From the NCBI GenBank assembly GCA_963765495.1, contig CAVXWP010000010.1:1-64000 (forward strand): a stretch of DNA of 64,000 nt. Direction: 5' to 3'. This DNA comes from Blastocatellia bacterium (lineage in GTDB: Bacteria; Acidobacteriota; Blastocatellia; UBA7656). Each line of letters begins with the position of its first letter. Position 1 is the stretch's first letter. Under the pieces are notes generated by a model. That model was not told the DNA's origin. It did not search any database and saw only the letters and a list, made by a program, of their open reading frames with translations. The position numbers and the translations under genes were made by a program. Positions 32,306 through 42,658 of this stretch are shown here, piece after piece.

Positions 32306-34735
32306 ATGGAGACAAAAGATTCAAATCTTATACTTTCCGGGATAGAGCCGGTGGACGAATTGCTTGGCGGGCTGGAAAGCGGTCAGTTATACCTGGTCCA
32401 TGGCGATTCTGCCGGCAAGTCGCTTTTCGGGATCAAGTTTCTCATCGAAGGGCTCAAGCGCGGGGAAAACGGCTCGCTCGTTATTCGTTACTCTCCCGAA
32501 GATGCGGTCAGGCGATTCGCCCGGCTGGGATACGATTGTCTCGAAGACATCTACAGCGGACGGCTGGTAATACTCGAATACACAAACGACATCATACAGC
32601 AGATAGCCCGGCTTGAAGAGATCACCCCGGTCCTGCGCGAACTGGAATGGCTGCTCGGAGAGACCCGACCTCAGCGAGTTATTTTTGACCCGGTAGCTCA
32701 TATGGTGCTCAGCGAACGAGGCGACATTGAAAGACGCGTGCGCGCCTTTGCCGATTGGGCGATCTCGTTTGGTTCGACCGTCGTGCTTATCGCAAACGGC
32801 GATGGATCGGGCGTAATTCAGCACTTCACCCCACTTGTAAAGGAATCCTTCCGCTTCGAAGTCAAGGAAGACGAGGAACGAGCTACCAGATACTTTATCT
32901 TTGAAAAATCCAATAACATCCCCGATCAGCCAATCGAAGTCGATCCTTCGCGTGGAGTCTTTTTGCTTGGCCGCGCACAGATGCCCGGGCAATTCGCTAC
33001 CAGATTTCACCCCCCGGCTGCGGCTGACATTACGATAGAAACTCTCCCCATCATAGAAGCCCGGCCTCAAGCCGAATCCGATGTCGAAAGCGAGCCCGTT
33101 GTCGAAGCCGAACCCGCAAGCCCGGTCTTGGCTGAGGTCGAAACAGAACCCGAGGAGAGCGAGAAAGAAAAACTTCTCGATGAAACCGATAAGCCGCTTG
33201 CGGCTACAGATGCTGAGGCGAGCGGGGCGGATGCGGATATGGATACGTCTCAGGTGACAAGACCATTGATTCCGCCGCCGGGACTCCGGCGACAAAGCAC
33301 TCTCAATACAAACCCGACCGAGGCTCCGCAAGAAGAAACCGCTTCGCAGTTGCCCGCGCCCTCAAGCCCCAATGAAGTAATTGAATGGCAGGAGGACCTG
33401 CTTTCTGAGTTATTGGATGATCTGGCCGGGATACCTTCGCCCGTGGATCTGGAAAGCGACGATTTCCAGCCCATACCCACGGAGAAAGTGAAAGCAGAGA
33501 AGGCAAAAGAAGAAGCCGGTGCCTGGATGCCCGCTTCGCTTGAAGAACCTCGCGAAGAGGAGGATTTTCAACCCCCGGCTGAGACAGAGTTGCAGCCCGC
33601 CCCCCAGCCGACTCCCGTTCACACCGAACCATCAAAGAACGAATCACCCATCACAAGCAGGGCCGTAGAGGCTTTGCTCCGGCCACCCGACACCGAACCC
33701 GAAGCGTCGATTGCGGGCGCTGCTTCCTTCTCTTACGAGGAAAACCGTATTCCTGTAGGCATAAACACTAAGGATTTCAATGTGCTCGTCATAGATGATG
33801 ATCCGGCTTCGTGTTCTCTGATGACGCAAGAGTTGAGCGACTACACGGTTGAAATCGTTCACGATGGCGTGGCTGGGCTTGCAAAGCTCATATCATTCAA
33901 GCCCGATCTTGTGATTCTCGATGTGGATTTGCCTATACTCGACGGGTTCAGAATACTGGCTCACATCCGGTCGAGCCTGAATATGCCGGTGATCATTTTA
34001 TCGGGTACGCATATGAGGGCAAGCGACCGCGTACTGGCCGCAGAACTCGGCGCGGACTATTACATGACAAAGCCCTTCAGCGTAAAAGAGATGCGCCAGA
34101 AGGCCCGACACCTGATAGCTCGCTACCGGGGCATCAACTCTTGGATCATCACCTCGCCCACTTCGCAGGAGGCGCAAATCGTGCCTCCCATACAGGAAAA
34201 GATCGAACCCGAGTCTGCCCGCCCGACAGAGAAAGCGGAGATGGCTTTGCGGTTCAAACCTTACAGAGATTTCGTCCTGCTGGTTGAAGACAATGTCAGG
34301 CACGCGATAGATAGCGGAGCATCATTTTCAATAGTCGGATGCCGGTTGAAGAATATGACTGCCGGCGGAGGACGCCCGGCTATGCATCTGTTGGATATGG
34401 TGAGCAAGCTCGTACGCGAGACCGATCTGCTCTCGACAAACCCCCGCAATGATCTGGTGATCTTTCTGGCCGAGGCGGACGTTGCCGGGGCGCAGGCCTT
34501 CGCCGGTCGCCTGCGAGAGCGCGTGCTGGAAGAGATGAATCAGGAACCTTCCGTCTGGATGCGGAGCTTCCCTGACATCGAAGAAGCCGATCAGCCGACC
34601 AGGCCTACCTACGTGCCCTCAAACGGCAACCTGAACCGCCGGGCAAGCGATGTCAAAATTTCCGAAAACGACCTGACCGAGAAGGGCGAAGATCATTCGG
34701 AAAAATCGCTGACCGATTTTCTCGACAAATTATAG
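32306..34735 (+). CDS. RecA/KaiC-like ATPase + acidic linker + receiver + degenerate GGDEF protein
   Basis: SGIEPVDELLGG..HGDSAGKS; VIDDD...LVILD...KPF; RETD-LLSTN-PRNDL. Confidence 0.8.
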   Translation: METKDSNLILSGIEPVDELLGGLESGQLYLVHGDSAGKSLFGIKFLIEGLKRGENGSLVIRYSPEDAVRRFARLGYDCLEDIYSGRLVILEYTNDIIQQIARLEEITPVLRELEWLLGETRPQRVIFDPVAHMVLSERGDIERRVRAFADWAISFGSTVVLIANGDGSGVIQHFTPLVKESFRFEVKEDEERATRYFIFEKSNNIPDQPIEVDPSRGVFLLGRAQMPGQFATRFHPPAAADITIETLPIIEARPQAESDVESEPVVEAEPASPVLAEVETEPEESEKEKLLDETDKPLAATDAEASGADADMDTSQVTRPLIPPPGLRRQSTLNTNPTEAPQEETASQLPAPSSPNEVIEWQEDLLSELLDDLAGIPSPVDLESDDFQPIPTEKVKAEKAKEEAGAWMPASLEEPREEEDFQPPAETELQPAPQPTPVHTEPSKNESPITSRAVEALLRPPDTEPEASIAGAASFSYEENRIPVGINTKDFNVLVIDDDPASCSLMTQELSDYTVEIVHDGVAGLAKLISFKPDLVILDVDLPILDGFRILAHIRSSLNMPVIILSGTHMRASDRVLAAELGADYYMTKPFSVKEMRQKARHLIARYRGINSWIITSPTSQEAQIVPPIQEKIEPESARPTEKAEMALRFKPYRDFVLLVEDNVRHAIDSGASFSIVGCRLKNMTAGGGRPAMHLLDMVSKLVRETDLLSTNPRNDLVIFLAEADVAGAQAFAGRLRERVLEEMNQEPSVWMRSFPDIEEADQPTRPTYVPSNGNLNRRASDVKISENDLTEKGEDHSEKSLTDFLDKL

Positions 34736-34747
34736 GACGCCATACAT

Positions 34748-34832
34748 AGACAGGATTACCAGGATTCAAAAGAATTAGACAAGATTGAAAGAGAATCTTG
34801 TTGCATCCATAGAAATCCTGTAAATCCTGTCT
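34748..34832. repeat. CAGGATT-type inverted repeat between convergent genes
   Basis: AGACAGGATTACCAGGATT ... AATCCTGTAAATCCTGTCT. Confidence 0.75.
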
Positions 34833-36121
34833 CAAATGCGCCTGTAGCGGCGAGCCTTAAATTCATAGCGTGGCAGGCTGCCGCTTGCCGCCTTTTCCAT
34901 ATTCACACGGATATTGAACCGGGCTCGAAACGCCTGTTCGATCTGGCGCGATGTCTCTTCGAAGTTATGGCCTGAAACGGTTTCTATCTTTAAGAGAAGC
35001 TCATCCATTCCCGCCGCCCGGCTTATGATAACCTCGTATTCGGCGACGCTTCTAACGCCGCGCACAAGATCGTCAATCGCGCCCGGATAAATATTCACGC
35101 CGCGCACTATCAACATATCGTCGGCTCGTCCAAGCAAACCGCCTTTGATGCGGGCCATGCGTCTGCCGCAGGGACACGTCTCGCGGGTAATTTCTGCGAG
35201 GTCGCCCGTGCGGTAGCGGAGTACGGGCATTCCGGCGCGACCCAGATTTGTGATTACAAGCTCGGCCCGAGCGCCGTCGGGCGCGGGCGTCCCGCTGCCG
35301 GGCAGCATGCTTTCAAAGATAAATTCAGCTTCGTTCAAGTGAAGCGCGCCGGTCTGAGCCTCGCAGTCAAAGGCCCACGCGCCTACTTCCGTGGCCCCCG
35401 CGTGATCGAAACAGATTGCCCCCCAGGCTTCTTCTATCGCGCGCTTGACGTTTGGAAGACTCGCGCCGGGTTCGCCCGCGTGTATGCTCAACCTGATCGC
35501 GGAAGACCGCAGATCAAGCCCCCGCTCTCTTGCCACTTCGGCCAGATGCAACGCATATGTAGGCGTCGAGACAAGCACCGTCGCGCCACTGTCGAGCATA
35601 GCCTGCAATCGTTGCTCCGAATTCATCCCGCCGCCTGAGATGGCCATCGCCCCGATGTGCCACGCGCCTGAAATGGCCGTCCAGTGACTGATATAAGGTC
35701 CAAATGAGAAGGCGCAAAAGACACGGTCATTTTCCGTCACTCCCGCCCCGCGATAGACGTAGCCCCAGCATCTGGTCCACCACTTCCAGCTATCTTCCGT
35801 GTCGAGCCATCTGAGGGGTGTTCCGCTCGTGCCCGATGTCTGGTGAAAATAGCGATAACGCGACAACTCGTAGGTGAGCAGATTGCCAAACGGCGGGCTC
35901 AGGTTCTGTGCTTCGACCAGTTCGCTCTTGGTCGTGAAAGGAAGAGCGCGCAGTTGCTCAATCGTCTCGATCTCTTTGAGATCAACCCCGCAAGAGGCAG
36001 CTTTCTCCTGATAGAATCTGTTGGCAGCAATTTCGCCGATCAGTCTGCGTAGCCGGTCATTCTGGACCTCTCGCAACTGGTCGCAATCGACCGTCTCCAG
36101 CTCAGGGTTGTAATAAAGCAC
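34832..36121 (-). CDS. Phenylacetate--CoA ligase family (PaaK-like) adenylate-forming enzyme
   Basis: LPFTTKSEL, TSGTSG, GEPG, GATE, RYRTGD, GRADDM; probable GTG start at 36121. Confidence 0.88.
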   Translation of the reverse strand: MLYYNPELETVDCDQLREVQNDRLRRLIGEIAANRFYQEKAASCGVDLKEIETIEQLRALPFTTKSELVEAQNLSPPFGNLLTYELSRYRYFHQTSGTSGTPLRWLDTEDSWKWWTRCWGYVYRGAGVTENDRVFCAFSFGPYISHWTAISGAWHIGAMAISGGGMNSEQRLQAMLDSGATVLVSTPTYALHLAEVARERGLDLRSSAIRLSIHAGEPGASLPNVKRAIEEAWGAICFDHAGATEVGAWAFDCEAQTGALHLNEAEFIFESMLPGSGTPAPDGARAELVITNLGRAGMPVLRYRTGDLAEITRETCPCGRRMARIKGGLLGRADDMLIVRGVNIYPGAIDDLVRGVRSVAEYEVIISRAAGMDELLLKIETVSGHNFEETSRQIEQAFRARFNIRVNMEKAASGSLPRYEFKARRYRRI

Positions 36122-36545
36122 TCCGCGTCTTCCTCTCTCACTACAGGGCTTGAGTTTAATCCTACCGGCAACGGAAAATTTGAACCAGACGAAATTGAAA
36201 CCCACAAGGCGTGACCGGGCAATCGGGTGATAAAAGGCCCGTCCGGGGGTTTTGAGCTATTGATCACATAACCATCGCGCATTTTTTTGAACAGGCTCGC
36301 CATTTTTTGCTTGTGTTTCGATACACGCAAGTATATTTTTTCTTTGTATCCAGATCTCCACTCACAGGGCAGTTGAAGCGTATGGCTGTCCTCTGGTGAC
36401 GAATTGAAACCAGGCCATCCGGCTTTAATCAAAAGTTAATGACCGAAGAAGTGACACCAGAAGAAACAAGCTAAGGCGACTGAAATAGGTTGCCACTTCA
36501 AGAGGAACTCACCGAGACTATCAATTTTGCAAAAGGAGAATATGT

Positions 36546-37847
36546 GTGATGGAACAGCAGATACAGAATCAGACAACGAGTGCGGCCCCGCCTTTTCGGG
36601 TGGATGTTAAATTGCACCAGTTGCTGGTAAAGGGGACATCCGAGCGAACTCCTCCCCTGGAGCCTGCGGGTCAAACTCTCCCCGATGCGGTCTTTCCGCA
36701 ATACCCGGAACTCCTGGCTCTTTCAAACAAGGCGGTCGAGGGCCCTCACATTCCTCCCGAGTCCCGCAAGTGGACAGGGCCGCTCATCTATAGAGCGATG
36801 CGTGGATGGTTATTCCCCTATGTCAAGTCGCGAGTTCTGCCCGGAGATTTTCATCCGATAATTGCCTATCTTTTTACCGAGTGGAAATGCAATCTCGATT
36901 GTCACTACTGCTGGGCATTCGACAACAGCGTAAAAGGGATGAGCGAAGACACCGCCCGACGCACGATAGACTGGCTCCACGACACAGGTTGCAGGGTGCT
37001 GGCCCTGATGGGCGGCGAGCCTTTGCTCCGCCCCCAGTTTGTCCACAAGGTTGTCTATTACGCGGCGAAAAAGGGCTTCTGGGTCTACTTGCCGACCAAT
37101 GCGCGTTTGCTGCGTCCCGATGTCATAGACCGTCTGGCCGATGCCGGGGTCGCTACATTCAACTTCGCCGTTGACGCCGTTGATGAAAAGCCGGGGCTGC
37201 CGAAGGCGCTCAACCCGATAAGGGCGAATTTCGATTATCTGGTAAAGAAGCAGTACACCTACGGCTACACGGTGTTCTTCAATATGAACATCTGCCGTAA
37301 TAACATGGATGACATCAAGCAGCTTACCGAGATCGCCCGCGAAAATGCGATAGCGACCGACTATCACATCAACGAATCTCCCATGCTCGAACAGGAGCAT
37401 TTCAAGCATCTCGACGAAAACGACACCTTCATCCGTCGCGAGGACTGGCCACAGGTGGACGCGCTTGTTGACTGGCTGATCGAGAAGAATCGCCAGGGCT
37501 ACAAGATGGTGAATTCCATCCAGCGCCTTCAGGATATGAAGGAATTCATGCGCGGCAAGGTCGAGTCCTGGCAATGCCGAGCGGGGCAGAACAACGTGAT
37601 CATCCGAGTGGATGGCACGCTCGCTCCATGTTTTCCGATGTACTCGGCCACTTATGATTGGGGGGTAGTGGGCAATCATAAATTCGAGGTGAAACAACTC
37701 GACGATATGAAGACGGAGTGCCAGACACATTGTTTTTCGACTCTGAATCACAATCTGGCATTCTGCTATAACGATATGCGGGTTGTGAAATGGGTGCTCA
37801 GACAGGCGGTTCGCGGCTTCCAGGGAGTAACCGGCAGCTTCGACTAA
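36546..37847 (+). CDS. Radical SAM protein with Twitch/SPASM-like C-terminus
   Basis: CNLDCHYC, GGEPLL, CRAG...DGTLAPC, CQTHC. Confidence 0.9.
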   Translation: MMEQQIQNQTTSAAPPFRVDVKLHQLLVKGTSERTPPLEPAGQTLPDAVFPQYPELLALSNKAVEGPHIPPESRKWTGPLIYRAMRGWLFPYVKSRVLPGDFHPIIAYLFTEWKCNLDCHYCWAFDNSVKGMSEDTARRTIDWLHDTGCRVLALMGGEPLLRPQFVHKVVYYAAKKGFWVYLPTNARLLRPDVIDRLADAGVATFNFAVDAVDEKPGLPKALNPIRANFDYLVKKQYTYGYTVFFNMNICRNNMDDIKQLTEIARENAIATDYHINESPMLEQEHFKHLDENDTFIRREDWPQVDALVDWLIEKNRQGYKMVNSIQRLQDMKEFMRGKVESWQCRAGQNNVIIRVDGTLAPCFPMYSATYDWGVVGNHKFEVKQLDDMKTECQTHCFSTLNHNLAFCYNDMRVVKWVLRQAVRGFQGVTGSFD

Positions 37848-37881
37848 ATCAGAAAAAAACTACCACTGCCTGATAAGAAAA

Positions 37882-37943
37882 TTTTGCGTTACTTTGCGGC
37901 TTTGCGAGAATCTGTTCCTCGTAAAGCCACAAAGCTCGCAAAG
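37882..37943. repeat. CTTTGCG/CGCAAAG-type inverted repeat between convergent genes
   Basis: TTTTGCGTTACTTTGCGGCTTTGCGAG ... CTCGTAAAGCCACAAAGCTCGCAAAG. Confidence 0.65.
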
Positions 37944-37966
37944 AGCTTTCGTAGAGGTGAAACCCT

Positions 37967-39577
37967 TCACACGCTCAGGTCGGCGGTTGGCAGAAACTTT
38001 GGCGGGCGGCGAAAATGTGTAGCCTGCTCGAAGGCATAGGCCAGCTTTATCAGCGTAGGCTCGCTGTAGGCCCGTCCGAAAAACGATATGCCCACCGGCA
38101 GACCGAAAATATATCCCGCCGGTACATTGATGTTGGGATACCCGGCCACGGCCGCGGGCGTGGAACTGCCGCCTGAAAAATGATCTCCATTCACCAGGTC
38201 CGTAGTCCAGGGTGGCCCTCCCGTAGGCGCGATGATCGCATCAAGTCGATTTTTTCGCATAACCGCGTCAATCCCCTGCGCTCTCGAAAGCAGATGATCT
38301 TTTCTAAGGGCTTTCAGGTACGCGCTCGACGTGAGCGGCCCTTTCTCTTCGGCCCGGTGGAATATCTCCTGGCCAAAATAGGGCATCTCTTTCTCCTTGT
38401 TCTGCTCGTTAAAGGCTATGAGTTCTTTTAGCGAATGAGCGGGCGCATCCTTTCCAAGCCCCGCCAGATACGAATTCAAATCGGCCTTGAATTCGTATAA
38501 CAACACTTCGAATTCCGAGTCGTCAAACTTTCCCGAAGTAGGAATATCGGCCGGATCAATCATAATCGCGCCCTGTTGTTTCATCGCTTCTATGGAGTCG
38601 TTCATCAAACGGTCTACCCTGTCGCTAAAGCCGAAGAATTTACGCGCCACTCCGATTCGCGCCCCTTTCAGGCCGTTCACGTCGAGAAAGCGCGTGTAAT
38701 CGGTAAAGGATTTTCCCCGGCTCTCTTTTGTCGCCGCGTCTCGCTGATCTATCCCTGTGAGCGCGCCCAGAAGTATCACAGCATCTGTCACGGTACGGGC
38801 CATCGGCCCGGCAGTGTCCTGGCTGTGAGATATGGGTATGATGCCTGCCCGGCTAATCAGGCCGAGCGTCGGTTTGATTCCGACTATCGAATTTGCCGAA
38901 GACGGGCATACTACAGACCCATCGGTTTCCGTGCCGATTGCGACGGCGCAGAGGTTGGCAGCCACGGCTGCGCCCGACCCTGAACTCGACCCGCAGGGGT
39001 TTCTGTCGAGCGCGTAGGGGTTGCGAGTCTGCCCGCCGCGCCCGCTCCATCCACTGGTCGAATGGGTAGAGCGGAAGTTGGCCCATTCGCTGAGGTTTGT
39101 CTTTCCAAGTATCACGGCCCCGGCCTGGCGAAGTTTTTCAGCAACGAAGGAGTCACGGACGGGTTTTGCCCCGACAAGCGCGAGCGAACCGGCGGTGGTC
39201 ATCATACGGTCGGCGGTGTCTATGTTGTCTTTGATGAGAACGGGGATGCCGTGAAGCGGGCCGCGCAAGCGCCCGGCCTTGCGCTCCTGATCGAGCGAAT
39301 CGGCTATGCTGAGGGCATCAGGATTGGTTTCGATAACGGAGTTTACAGCCGGGCCGTTGCGGTCAATCTCTTCGATGCGCGACAGGTATTTTTCCGTGAT
39401 TGATCGCGCGGTGAGCGCCCCCGCCTGCATCGCTTCGCGCAACTGTGCGATAGTGGCTTCTTCGAAATCGAATGAGCCTGCGTTCTGCGAGCGAGCGACT
39501 GATCGAGGCAAAGCAGGTCGAGCGATGGCCATTGCGCCGCCAAGCAAACCGAATTGCAGAAAATTCCTGCGCTTCAT
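37967..39577 (-). CDS. Amidase-signature family enzyme, Tat-exported
   Basis: KRRNFL Tat motif; KDN, GSSSGS, GTETDGS. Confidence 0.93.
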   Translation of the reverse strand: MKRRNFLQFGLLGGAMAIARPALPRSVARSQNAGSFDFEEATIAQLREAMQAGALTARSITEKYLSRIEEIDRNGPAVNSVIETNPDALSIADSLDQERKAGRLRGPLHGIPVLIKDNIDTADRMMTTAGSLALVGAKPVRDSFVAEKLRQAGAVILGKTNLSEWANFRSTHSTSGWSGRGGQTRNPYALDRNPCGSSSGSGAAVAANLCAVAIGTETDGSVVCPSSANSIVGIKPTLGLISRAGIIPISHSQDTAGPMARTVTDAVILLGALTGIDQRDAATKESRGKSFTDYTRFLDVNGLKGARIGVARKFFGFSDRVDRLMNDSIEAMKQQGAIMIDPADIPTSGKFDDSEFEVLLYEFKADLNSYLAGLGKDAPAHSLKELIAFNEQNKEKEMPYFGQEIFHRAEEKGPLTSSAYLKALRKDHLLSRAQGIDAVMRKNRLDAIIAPTGGPPWTTDLVNGDHFSGGSSTPAAVAGYPNINVPAGYIFGLPVGISFFGRAYSEPTLIKLAYAFEQATHFRRPPKFLPTADLSV

Positions 39578-39699
39578 CGTCTCCTCCTCTTTATCCGTTT
39601 AATTGGGCCAATTGCTGCCGAGAATCATTCGATCTTTAACGCAAAATCTTTCACTTGCGCTTATCTGAGATTTCTTCAAATCTCAAATCTCAGAAGTAC

Positions 39700-41127
39700 T
39701 CAGCCTTTCTTCGGGCGATAGATGTGAGTGCTCTGGCCGTAATATGCCTCGGCGGCTTCCATAATCGTCTCCGACAGAGTCGGATGAGGATGTATCGAAA
39801 GCTCTAAATCTCTTGCGAGCGCCGCCATCTCTACGGCGACGACGCCTTCCGATATCAACTCGCCAACTCCAACTCCAACCATTCCTACTCCAAGCACGCG
39901 CTCGGTTTCAGGATCGATCAGGAGTTTGGTCACACCGTCCGGGCGGTCGAGCGTCGTAGCCCTTCCCGATGCGGCCCACGGAAAGCGAGCGACCGTATAG
40001 GCGCGGCCCTCTTTTTTCGCCTCTGTTTCGGTCAGGCCGCACCACGCCACCTCCGGGTCAGTGAAGACGACCGCCGGTATCGCGCGAGGCTCGAAGACCA
40101 CGTTATGGCCCGCGATGACTTCCGCGGCCACGCGGCCTTCGTGAGACGCCTTGTGCGCAAGCATGGGCTCGCCCACACAATCGCCTATGGCAAAGATAGA
40201 CGGCTCGGCGGTGCGCAGTTGTTTGTCAACCTTGACAAAGCCGCGCTCGTCAATCTCTACCTTTGTATTTTCAAGCCCCAGCCCGGCTGAATTGGGCTTG
40301 CGGCCAACCGAAATCAGAACCTTGTCATAAACCTGTTCGGCCTCTTCTATGCCCTCGCCTTCTATCCTGACCTTGATTCCCTTCTTCGTCTCATTAAGCT
40401 CGACCACTTTTGAGTTGAGCATGATCGAGTCGAAAATCTTCTTCACCTCTCTGGCCAGAATACTCACAAGGTCGCGATCCGCGCCGGGAAGTAATCCCGA
40501 TGTCATTTCCACAACCGAGACCTTACTCCCCAGAGCCGCGTAGACGGTTCCGAGTTCGAGGCCGATATAGCCGCCGCCGATCACAAGCAGCGTCTTTGGA
40601 ACGTCTTCGAGATCGAGCGCGGTGGTTGAATTCAGAATGCGCGAGCTTTCAAGAGACAGCCCCGGAAGCGTGGCCGGGCGCGACCCCGTGGCGAGTATCG
40701 CGTGTTCGAATTTAAGTTGCTCGGTTCCGCCTTTTACTCTTTCGATCTTCAAGGTATTGGCGTCGACGAAAGTCCCGCGACCTTGAATGTAGTTAATCTT
40801 TCTGACTTTATTAAGCTGGCCAAGCCCGCCCGTCATCTGCGCGACCACTCTGTTTTTCCACTCGCGCAGCTTGTCCATGTCGATCTCAGGCTCGGAAAAC
40901 TTTATGCCCCACCGGGCAGCATGGCGCGATTCGTTTATGAGTTTGGCTACGTGCAGGAGGGCCTTTGACGGGATACAACCTCGATAGAGGCAGACCCCGC
41001 CTGGATTGAGTTCGAGATCAACCATCGTTGTTTGAAGACCGAGATCGGCGGCCAGATAGGCGGCTGCGTATCCGCCGGGGCCGCCGCCTACGACGACCAC
41101 CTGTGTCGAATTGTTATTTTCAGTCAT
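39700..41127 (-). CDS. lpdA: Dihydrolipoyl dehydrogenase
   Basis: GGGPGGY, GGVCLYRGCIPSK, HPHPTLSE. Confidence 0.96.
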   Translation of the reverse strand: MTENNNSTQVVVVGGGPGGYAAAYLAADLGLQTTMVDLELNPGGVCLYRGCIPSKALLHVAKLINESRHAARWGIKFSEPEIDMDKLREWKNRVVAQMTGGLGQLNKVRKINYIQGRGTFVDANTLKIERVKGGTEQLKFEHAILATGSRPATLPGLSLESSRILNSTTALDLEDVPKTLLVIGGGYIGLELGTVYAALGSKVSVVEMTSGLLPGADRDLVSILAREVKKIFDSIMLNSKVVELNETKKGIKVRIEGEGIEEAEQVYDKVLISVGRKPNSAGLGLENTKVEIDERGFVKVDKQLRTAEPSIFAIGDCVGEPMLAHKASHEGRVAAEVIAGHNVVFEPRAIPAVVFTDPEVAWCGLTETEAKKEGRAYTVARFPWAASGRATTLDRPDGVTKLLIDPETERVLGVGMVGVGVGELISEGVVAVEMAALARDLELSIHPHPTLSETIMEAAEAYYGQSTHIYRPKKG

Positions 41128-41136
41128 AGCTAACGT

Positions 41137-41242
41137 GATGCGTTCACGTGATTCGTGATTCGTGATATTAAGGGCAGTTCCCCTGTTAATCGGGATTTGC
41201 AGTGAGTCACGCATCACTCTTCACGAATCACGTGAACGCATC
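41137..41242. repeat. 22-bp perfect inverted repeat built of TCGTGA-type heptamers
   Basis: GATGCGTTCACGTGATTCGTGA (41137-41158) / TCACGAATCACGTGAACGCATC (41221-41242). Confidence 0.85.
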
Positions 41243-41248
41243 CCTCTC

Positions 41249-42643
41249 CTATCCTTCCAGAACCAGTAAGAACGGCTGTTGCAGGGCTTCGGCCACCCAT
41301 CTGAGGAAGCGGGCGGCGTTTGCTCCGTCTATCAAACGGTGATCGTAGGAGAGCGTCAGCGGCAAGATCAGTCGCGGCTGAAACTCTCCATTTATGTAGA
41401 CCGGCTGCATGCTTGCCCGCGAGATTCCCAAAATAGCCACCTCCGGCACATTCACTATCGGGGTGAAACCTGTGCCGCCTATGCCGCCAAGATTTGTGAT
41501 GGTGAATGTGGCTCCCTGCATCTCGTCCAGACTGAGTTTTTTGTTTCTTGCCTTCTGGGCCGCTTCGTTCAACTCGGCGGCCAGCTCAAGTATGTTCTTC
41601 TTGTCAACATCGCGGATCACAGGGACCAGAAGACCGCGCTCCGTGTCTACGGCCACGCCGATGTTGTAATACTTTTTGTAGATGATCTCTTCGTTTTCAA
41701 CATCAATGCTTGCGTTGAACTGAGGGAAAACTTTGAGGGCCGAGGCCGCTATTTTCAAGGCAATGGCCGTGACCGTGAGTTTTCCTCCCATTGATTCGGC
41801 CCGCTTGCCAAACTTTTCTCTCAATCGCTCAAGGTCTGTGATGTCGGCCTGATCGAATTGAGTGACACGGGGAGACGAGAGCCAGGAATTTCGCATGCTT
41901 TCTGCGGTCTTGCGACGAACGGCGCTCATCGGTTTGCGCTCTATCTCGCCCCACTGGCTGAAATCAGGCAGCGGTACCGAGACAAACGGCGAGGCTGAAA
42001 CTTTGGACGCGCTCGCGTTCACAATGATCGAGCGGGCATAATTCCTCACATCCTCTTCGGATATGCGGCTACCCGGCCCGGTCCCTTTCACTTCGTTGAT
42101 TTCGACTCCAAGTTCGCGGGCCATCCTTCGAATCGAAGGCGCGGCAGGCGCAAGCTCTTTCGCTTCCCCAGTCTGGAGAGCCGGGCGCGCCGCGCGAACA
42201 GGTTCGGCGGTTTCGGCTCGCTCAGAGGGGCGCGCCGCTCTCTCTTTCGTGTCAGGTTTCGCCTCCTGCTCAACCACTGCGGGTTCGGCCTCTGCTTCAA
42301 CTTCTTCGGCTGCTTCCTGCTCTTCGGAGGATTGATCCTGAGCCTCTGCGTATTTTTCCAGTTCCTCTTCGGGTCTGGTTTCTGCGGGCGTCTTCTGGCC
42401 GTTGGTTCCTGTTTCGACCGTCAGAATCACCTGTCCTACTTTGACCTTCTCTCCCTCCTTTACGTGAATCTCTCTTACGACACCGCTTGCGAATGCGGGG
42501 ACCTCCACGGTTGCCTTATCGGTCTCAAGCTCAAGAATGGGCTGATCCTTGTCAATCTGATCGCCCACCGCAACCAGTATCTTCGCCACATCGCCCGAAT
42601 CCACGTTTTCACCGAGCACGGGTAATTTGATTTCAGTTGCCAT
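41249..42643 (-). CDS. aceF: Pyruvate dehydrogenase E2 acyltransferase
   Basis: ETDKA lipoyl motif, E3-binding domain, DHRLIDG. Confidence 0.93.
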   Translation of the reverse strand: MATEIKLPVLGENVDSGDVAKILVAVGDQIDKDQPILELETDKATVEVPAFASGVVREIHVKEGEKVKVGQVILTVETGTNGQKTPAETRPEEELEKYAEAQDQSSEEQEAAEEVEAEAEPAVVEQEAKPDTKERAARPSERAETAEPVRAARPALQTGEAKELAPAAPSIRRMARELGVEINEVKGTGPGSRISEEDVRNYARSIIVNASASKVSASPFVSVPLPDFSQWGEIERKPMSAVRRKTAESMRNSWLSSPRVTQFDQADITDLERLREKFGKRAESMGGKLTVTAIALKIAASALKVFPQFNASIDVENEEIIYKKYYNIGVAVDTERGLLVPVIRDVDKKNILELAAELNEAAQKARNKKLSLDEMQGATFTITNLGGIGGTGFTPIVNVPEVAILGISRASMQPVYINGEFQPRLILPLTLSYDHRLIDGANAARFLRWVAEALQQPFLLVLEG

Positions 42644-42658
42644 AATTCAGACCTTCCT

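Noticed and set aside
32306-32960. Circadian KaiC
   Set aside because: Single degenerate ATPase domain, no kaiA/kaiB, fused to REC and GGDEF*
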